Below are positions 23,689-28,926 of a stretch of 28,926 bases of DNA, in pieces. How positions within the stretch are numbered: the first letter of the stretch is position 1; every line of letters begins with the position of its first letter. A program made the translations under genes and the position numbers. Origin of the DNA: Octopus sinensis (taxonomy: Eukaryota); assembly GCF_006345805.1 (NCBI RefSeq), contig NW_021833153.1:1-28926 (forward strand). The letters run 5' to 3'. Below the pieces are notes generated by a model, which was not told where the DNA came from, made no database searches, and saw only the letters and a program-made list of their open reading frames with translations.

Positions 23689-24059
23689 TTATATATATAT
23701 ATGTATGTATATGTATATGTGTATATATATATAATAAATATGCGTGTGCATGTGGCTACATGTCTACTCATCCATTCATATGTATATACGTGTGTGCATG
23801 TTTGAGTGTGTGTATTTGTGCATGTATAAATGCGTGGGAGTATTTATATATTCTCGCTTGTGTGTATGTATGTATGTATATGTTATACATACTATATATA
23901 TATATATATAATGTATGTATATATGTATGTACAATTATATATAGTTGTATATAAACATACGTGCGTATACACAGCAAAACACGCACACATAAACCATTCC
24001 ACCCACACGCTCGTTAGGTTTGGCGTGAGTGTAGAAACATTTTGCTTTTGTGCTAATCA

Positions 24060-24142
<83 letters not shown>
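23600..24142. repeat. (TA)/(TG) compound tract and (GA)n (24064-24142)
   Basis: Directly visible. Confidence 0.93.
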
Positions 24143-24509
24143 GGAGCTGTGAAGGCATTTGTTACCATCTGTAAATGGGAGATTGGAAGTCGGATGTTGA
24201 TTACATTGGTTAGAAGAGAAGGAGCGGGGCGGGGGGGTGGGGGAGGAGGATGGGGATTAGCAGACAAACAAACAAATAAATAAATTTTTTAAAAAATGTA
24301 AAACAGATTTCCCGCCATATTTGATAAAAGAAATTCAAGTAAATTCGACCCCCCCCCCCCAAAGGGTCTTAAAACTGAACGAGATTGGAATGAATGGTAG
24401 CGAGGGATAAGGTATATCGGTTATGATGTATGGGAAGCGTGGGAGGGATTAAACAGCGGCCATGTTGCACGAAATACATGCGTAAGCGCGTGTATGAGTC
24501 TTTTAATCG

Positions 24510-24590
24510 CTTACTTGTTTCAGGCATTAGATTGTGGCCATGCTGGAGCACCACCTTGAGGACTCTTAGTCGCATTAATCGACACCCGGT
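24510..24590 (-). mobile_element. SINE family A 3' tail fragment
   Basis: TTACTTGTTTCAG..GTGGCCATGCTGGAGCACC. Confidence 0.7.
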
Positions 24591-24596
24591 ATTTCT

Positions 24597-24830
24597 GCGA
24601 GCTGGTAGAAACGTTGGCACGCCGGGCGAAATGCTTAGCGGTATTTCGTCCGCCGCTGCGTTGTGAGTTCAAATTCCGCCGAGGTCGACTTTGCCTTTCA
24701 TCCTTTCGGGGTCGATAAATTAAGTACCAGTTACGCACTGGAGTCGATGTAATCGACTTAATACCTATGTCTGTCCTTGTTTGTCCCCTCTGTGTTTAGC
24801 CCCTTGTGGATAATAAAGAAATAGGTATTT
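24597..24830 (+). mobile_element. SINE family B, left arm of dimeric form
   Basis: GCGAGCTGGTAGAAACGTTGGCACG...GAGTTCAAATTCCGCCGAGGTCGACTTTGCCTTTCATCCTTTCGGGGTCGATAAATTAAGTACC...AAAGAAATAGGTATTTC. Confidence 0.92.
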
Positions 24831-24889
24831 CTTTTCTTTCTTTTTTTTAAAGCCTGGGACATATTCTACCGGTTATTTTTGTTGGGGGT

Positions 24890-25110
24890 GTTTGACTCAT
24901 GATCGTAAGATTGTGGTTTCGATTCCTGGTTCGGGCGATGCGTTGTGTTCTTGATCAAGACACTTCATTTCACGTTGCTCCTGTCCACTCAGTGGCAAAA
25001 ATGAGTAATCCTGCGACGGACCGGTGTCCCCTTCAGATGGGAAATTTATATGATATGGAAACCAGGAAACCGGCCCTTATGAACCTGGCATGGCTCGAGA
25101 AGGAAACACA
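24890..25110 (+). mobile_element. tRNA-derived SINE family C variant with V-domain-like segment
   Basis: GGTTTCGATTCC B-box, GTGTTCTTGATCAAGACACTT, CCTGCGACGGACCGG, tail GGAAACCGGCCCTTATGA; V-domain label from recalled similarity. Confidence 0.75.
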
Positions 25111-25569
25111 CACGCAAGTCAGTGAACAAGGCGAAAGATTGATGCGCTCAACACATTTAGTAAGGGTTGCATTCATTATTAAAACAGTTTTTGATTTGGC
25201 ACCATATAGCGCACAGTTACAGAAACTTAGCTCACCGGTTAAAGGCACCCGAATGTAGGGGGGGGAGCTGTAGGACGTCCAATATGACCGCTGGAATCTG
25301 GGCTGCAACTTGTCAACGCGGGTCACATGGCTTTTGGAAATACAGCGATCCCAACTCAATTTCTTGGATCGCGTGACTAGACCGGAAGTTGATGGTCCCT
25401 CGTTATCTGGATTATATTAGTATTACTTTGAAAAAGGAATTCTTTGTTGCGGGACATAAGCAAACATCAATTGTTTTGAAAAAGCAAGAGAAGTGAAATG
25501 TAGACAAAAAATAACCGAAAATTGTGATTAAAGGCTGTATTGTTTAATGGCTCTTACCGAATAAAATCA

Positions 25570-25578
25570 TATATACGT

Positions 25579-25620
<42 letters not shown>

Positions 25621-25654
25621 TATATATATATTAATATAATATATAATATATATA

Positions 25655-25685
<31 letters not shown>

Positions 25686-25690
25686 GAATA
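25570..25690. repeat. (TA)n microsatellite
   Basis: Directly visible. Confidence 0.96.
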
Positions 25691-25821
25691 TGAGAAGTTA
25701 GTTTCAGTGGTGATCTAAACGAATAAGTACGTTGTTATGTGCTATAGTTAGTCATCCGTTAGGTTTCAAGTTCATAACTGAGACTGGAGCTAGGGGTCTG
25801 TAGTAGGCCCGTGTCAGCAGG

Positions 25822-26167
25822 TATATATATATATAAAGGGTAAAGCCCCCCTTCGGTCATGAATGACCATGGGATTGCACCTAGAAAGTTACCCTCCTAG
25901 ACACAAGTCCGGGCAAGGTTGTTTATGGAAGACCAGCAGTCGCCCATGCATACCAGCCTCCCCTCTCCACGCCACCAGTGTTATCCAAGGGAAAGACAAA
26001 GGTCGATACAGCTTGGTACCAGTGACGTCGCAACTCATTTCTACAGCTGAGTGAACTGGAGCAACTTGAAAATAAAGTGCTTTGCTCAAGAACACAACAC
26101 GCAGCCCGGACCGGGATTCGAGCTCACAACCTCACGATCGTAAGCTCGACGCTCTAACCACTGAGCC
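25822..26167 (-). mobile_element. tRNA-derived SINE family C variant, full length
   Basis: RC: GGCTCAGTGGTTAGAGCG (A box)...GAGCTCGAATCCCG (B box)...tail GACCGAAGGGGGGCTTTACCCTTT(AT)n. Confidence 0.9.
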
Positions 26168-26410
26168 TCCTGCAGTCAAATTACCGGATGGCCATTATCT
26201 TGCTTTGTTTCCTGTTGTTTCTTGTTAAGTTGTCCGTTGTCCCCGACCGTTTCTCATCAAGCAACCGCAGTGAACGTTGCTGGTTCCTTCATCATTAGCA
26301 GGTGAGTGCTTATCTGGCAGCTGACCTTACTCACACGCACACATAGAAAGGTGCATGTGCACATACGCACAAACATGCACATTCACACATGCGCGCACCT
26401 ATTGCTTGTA

Positions 26411-26720
26411 AAGGCGCGTGGTTTAGTGGTTAGGGTATTCGGCTCGTGAGCGTTGGATTGCGAGTTCGATTCCCGGCGGCGCATTGTGTCCTTGAGCAAG
26501 ACACTTCATTTCACGTTGCTCCAATCCTCTCAGCTGGCAAAAATGACTTGTACCTGTAATTCAAAGGGGCCAGCCTTGTCACATTCTGTGTCACACTGAA
26601 TCTCTCTGAGAAGTATGTGAAGCGGTACACGTATCTGTGGAATACTCAGCCACTTGCACGTTAATTTCACGAGCAGGCTGTTCTGGAACCTGCACCGTCG
26701 TAACCGACGGATTGTCGGTT
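26411..26720 (+). mobile_element. tRNA-derived SINE family C, full length
   Basis: GGCGCGTGGTTTAGTGGTTAGG (A box), GAGTTCGATTCCC (B box), GTGTCCTTGAGCAAGACACTT core, tail GTCGTAACCGACGG. Confidence 0.9.
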
Positions 26721-26856
26721 ATATATATATATATATATACACCACACACACACACATGCATATATATGCATGCGAATGCATATATGGATGCATGTGAATC
26801 TGTGTGTGTATGCCTATGCATGAGTGTGATCACAGTGTGTATGTGTGTGTGTGTAC

Positions 26857-26940
26857 TGCGCCTGCGCATGCATTGTTATGCTGGTTGGATGCTTGCATCT
26901 GTCTGCCAATTCTCCGGTGTCTGATTGGCGGAGATCCAAC
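26857..26940 (+). promoter_or_regulatory. Possible promoter: NRF1-like TGCGCCTGCGCA plus two opposed CCAAT boxes
   Basis: 26857-68 NRF1-like; CCAAT 26906-10; ATTGG 26924-28; followed by GC-rich stretch and splice donors. Confidence 0.25.
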
Positions 26941-27111
26941 TGAGACTAGTTAACAGGTGTAACAGGCGGCGCTGGTGGCGGAGTCGGTGCTGGGGTGGTG
27001 GGTGGTGGTGGCGGCGGTGGTGGTGGCGGCGGTGGTGGTGGTGTTACTAGTGCATCACGGTATGCGTAGTGATAGGTAAGGTAGACAGGTAAGGCATGTA
27101 GGTAAGTAGGT

Positions 27112-27128
27112 GGGGGTGGGTGGGTGGG
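27112..27128 (+). other. Canonical G-quadruplex motif GGGGGTGGGTGGGTGGG
   Basis: Four G-runs with 1-nt loops. Confidence 0.7.
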
Positions 27129-27324
27129 AAATAAAGGTGTGTTTGAGGTGGTGGGGTAGGTACCTTGCAAATGCAGAGCTTAACCTTGAACTTTATCTTT
27201 CATGATAAACATATGTTGTTGTTGTTGCTGTTGTGTTGTTGTTGTTGTTGTTGTTGTTACTGTTGCTCTTGTCTGAGTTAATCAACCACCTTCAAAGACT
27301 TGTTTCATGAACTACACACACACA

Positions 27325-27377
<53 letters not shown>

Positions 27378-27499
27378 TATTCTTGTATCTGCAAACTCAT
27401 GCAGCACACGTTATACTTACTGTGTTCCCACTGCTTGCCTTAGTATTAATGGCTAGATTATCTTTTGCCAGAAGACAGGTAATAGTGATGGTCCGTCCT

Positions 27500-28385
27500 C
27501 CATCAAGAACACGTTTAGCTAAACTTGCTCCTGTTTACTAGAGCTTGTTCAACTAAAACACCTTGTTCACTTAAAACACCTTCGACATGTGTTCACTAGA
27601 GCATGTTCAATAAGTGATCACTAGAATATGTCCAACATATATTCGCTACTTTTTATGATTAACACATCTTTACCAGAATATGTCCAACACGTATTTAACG
27701 GAATATGTTCAATGTTTGTTCACCATGATACGTTTCAGTGTTCATCAGAACATATTCAACATATGTTCACCGTCAGACGGCGTGCTGGCAGAAACGTTAG
27801 CAAATTCGGGCGAAACGCTTAGAGATATTTCGTCTGTCTGCACGTTCTGAGTTCAAATTCTGCCGAGGTCAACTTTGTCTTTCATCTTTTCGGGGTCGAT
27901 AAATTAAGAACCAGTTGCGTACTGGGGTCGATCTAATCGACAGTCCTCCTTCCCCCAAAATTTCGGGCCTTGTGCCTAGAGTAGAAAAGAACATATGTTT
28001 ACCGTGAATATGTTCCTCTGGATACGTAGTTGTTTATAGCAAGAATTCAGAGACCAGTTCAATGTTTGGTCTCATGTTAAACAGTTGTGCTTAAGAACAT
28101 GTTAATTACATATTTAACAGAACATGTTCAATATACGTTCAACGACTGATCACCAGAGCATTTTCAACAATTGATCACCGGAGCATGTTCAACACGAGTT
28201 CACAAGAACATGTTTAACAAGTGCCCGCTAGAAAATCCTTCATATGTGTACTCCAGAACATATTCAATATCGATCGTTTCACAAGAAAATGTTCCACAAT
28301 TGTTCACCAGAAAAATTTCATTAAATGTTCGCTACATATTGAACCGTTCACTACGTCATTTTAACAACTGTTCACAACAAACAGT
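27500..28385. repeat. Degenerate ~23-bp minisatellite (consensus ~TGTTCACCAGAACATGTTCAACA), split by a SINE
   Basis: Recurrent GTTCAC..AGA(A/G)CATGTTCAA units on both sides of the SINE. Confidence 0.8.
27774..27989 (+). mobile_element. SINE family B monomer with 16-bp target-site duplication
   Basis: TSD AACATATGTT(C/T)ACCGT at 27758-27773 and 27990-28005; head GCTGGCAGAAACGTTAGC, tail GTGCCTAGAGTAGAAAAG. Confidence 0.93.
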
Positions 28386-28788
28386 GAGCCTCTTTTGCGT
28401 CATTTGACTTGTTAGAAATTGCAGCTAAATCTTCCCCAAATCATACTCTACAATCTGGATAATTTAGTCCCATATCTGAAAAATTGTTTTGTTGGTCACA
28501 TTTGGAAGGCTTTTAATCCCAATCCAAAAGGCTTCCCCTGATAAGCAGGTTCAATTTGTATTTAATGTATTTGTTGTCCATTCTGACATTTGAGTCTTTT
28601 ATAAAAATGTAGGAAATGTTTGGTTGTCTCTCCTTCGGTTCTGGTGACCTTCATTTAATTGTTAGATGATCTTGGTCCAACCGCTGTCGATTATCTGTTT
28701 AGGTTACATTGAAATTACTAACAGTGACTGACCTTGACCTTGCTTGGTGGAGTAACCTTGAACTTGTTTGTTATACTGCTCTTTACAG

Positions 28789-28884
28789 ACACCGTTACCA
28801 GTTCCATTGTATTTAAGTTGTTCAATCTTATAACTGGATCGATTACGTCCATTAGACACACCCCGATCATACCCTAATGACCAG
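28789..28884 (+). other. Possible 96-nt exon (5' UTR-like, ends ATG ACC AG)
   Basis: Acceptor CTGCTCTTTACAG, donor CAG|GTAACT; stops in all three frames. Confidence 0.25.
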
Positions 28885-28926
28885 GTAACTCACACAACAC
28901 ACTCACAGAAACAGAGTGATGTGGTT

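Noticed and set aside
25322-25390. Hairpin GCGATCC(C)AA/TTGGATCGC followed by CTAG (Helitron end?) and CCGGAAGT ETS motif
   Set aside because: CTAG followed by A not T, spacing atypical, no matching TC end; isolated motifs insufficient
26411-26480. tRNA genes at SINE heads (also 26100-26167, 22601-22670)
   Set aside because: Only A/B boxes retained, no cloverleaf or acceptor stem; continue into SINE bodies
27725-27755. Minus-strand CTGATGA-ACACT-GAAACGTA hammerhead-like string
   Set aside because: No stem II, stem I does not pair; lies in a minisatellite of similar composition

Overview
Eukaryotic, repeat-dominated genomic DNA. The SINE families and very high microsatellite load look like an octopus genome (inference from repeat appearance). 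There is no intact protein-coding gene, tRNA/rRNA gene or CRISPR array, and nearly all ORFs in the supplied track are translated microsatellites. Mobile elements: about 15 tRNA-derived SINE copies or fragments of at least 3 families, two non-autonomous Helitrons (minus strand, A|TC...hairpin-CTAG|T), three fragments of RLE-type (R4/Dong-like) LINEs all embedded in (TAA)n, a CR1 3' fragment and a Penelope RT relic. Other repeats: a ~255-bp foldback element, a decayed ~125-bp tandem array and a ~23-bp minisatellite rich in RRRCWWGYYY decamers. Several Penelope-type minimal hammerhead ribozyme motifs are present. Most interesting: an unexplained, strongly self-complementary segment with pseudoknot topology at ~22.09-22.43 kb, the hammerhead motifs, and the (TAA)n-targeted LINE cluster whose junctions all coincide with TAA-like microhomology. 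A possible promoter plus non-coding first exons of a plus-strand gene lies at 26.85-28.9 kb (low confidence).
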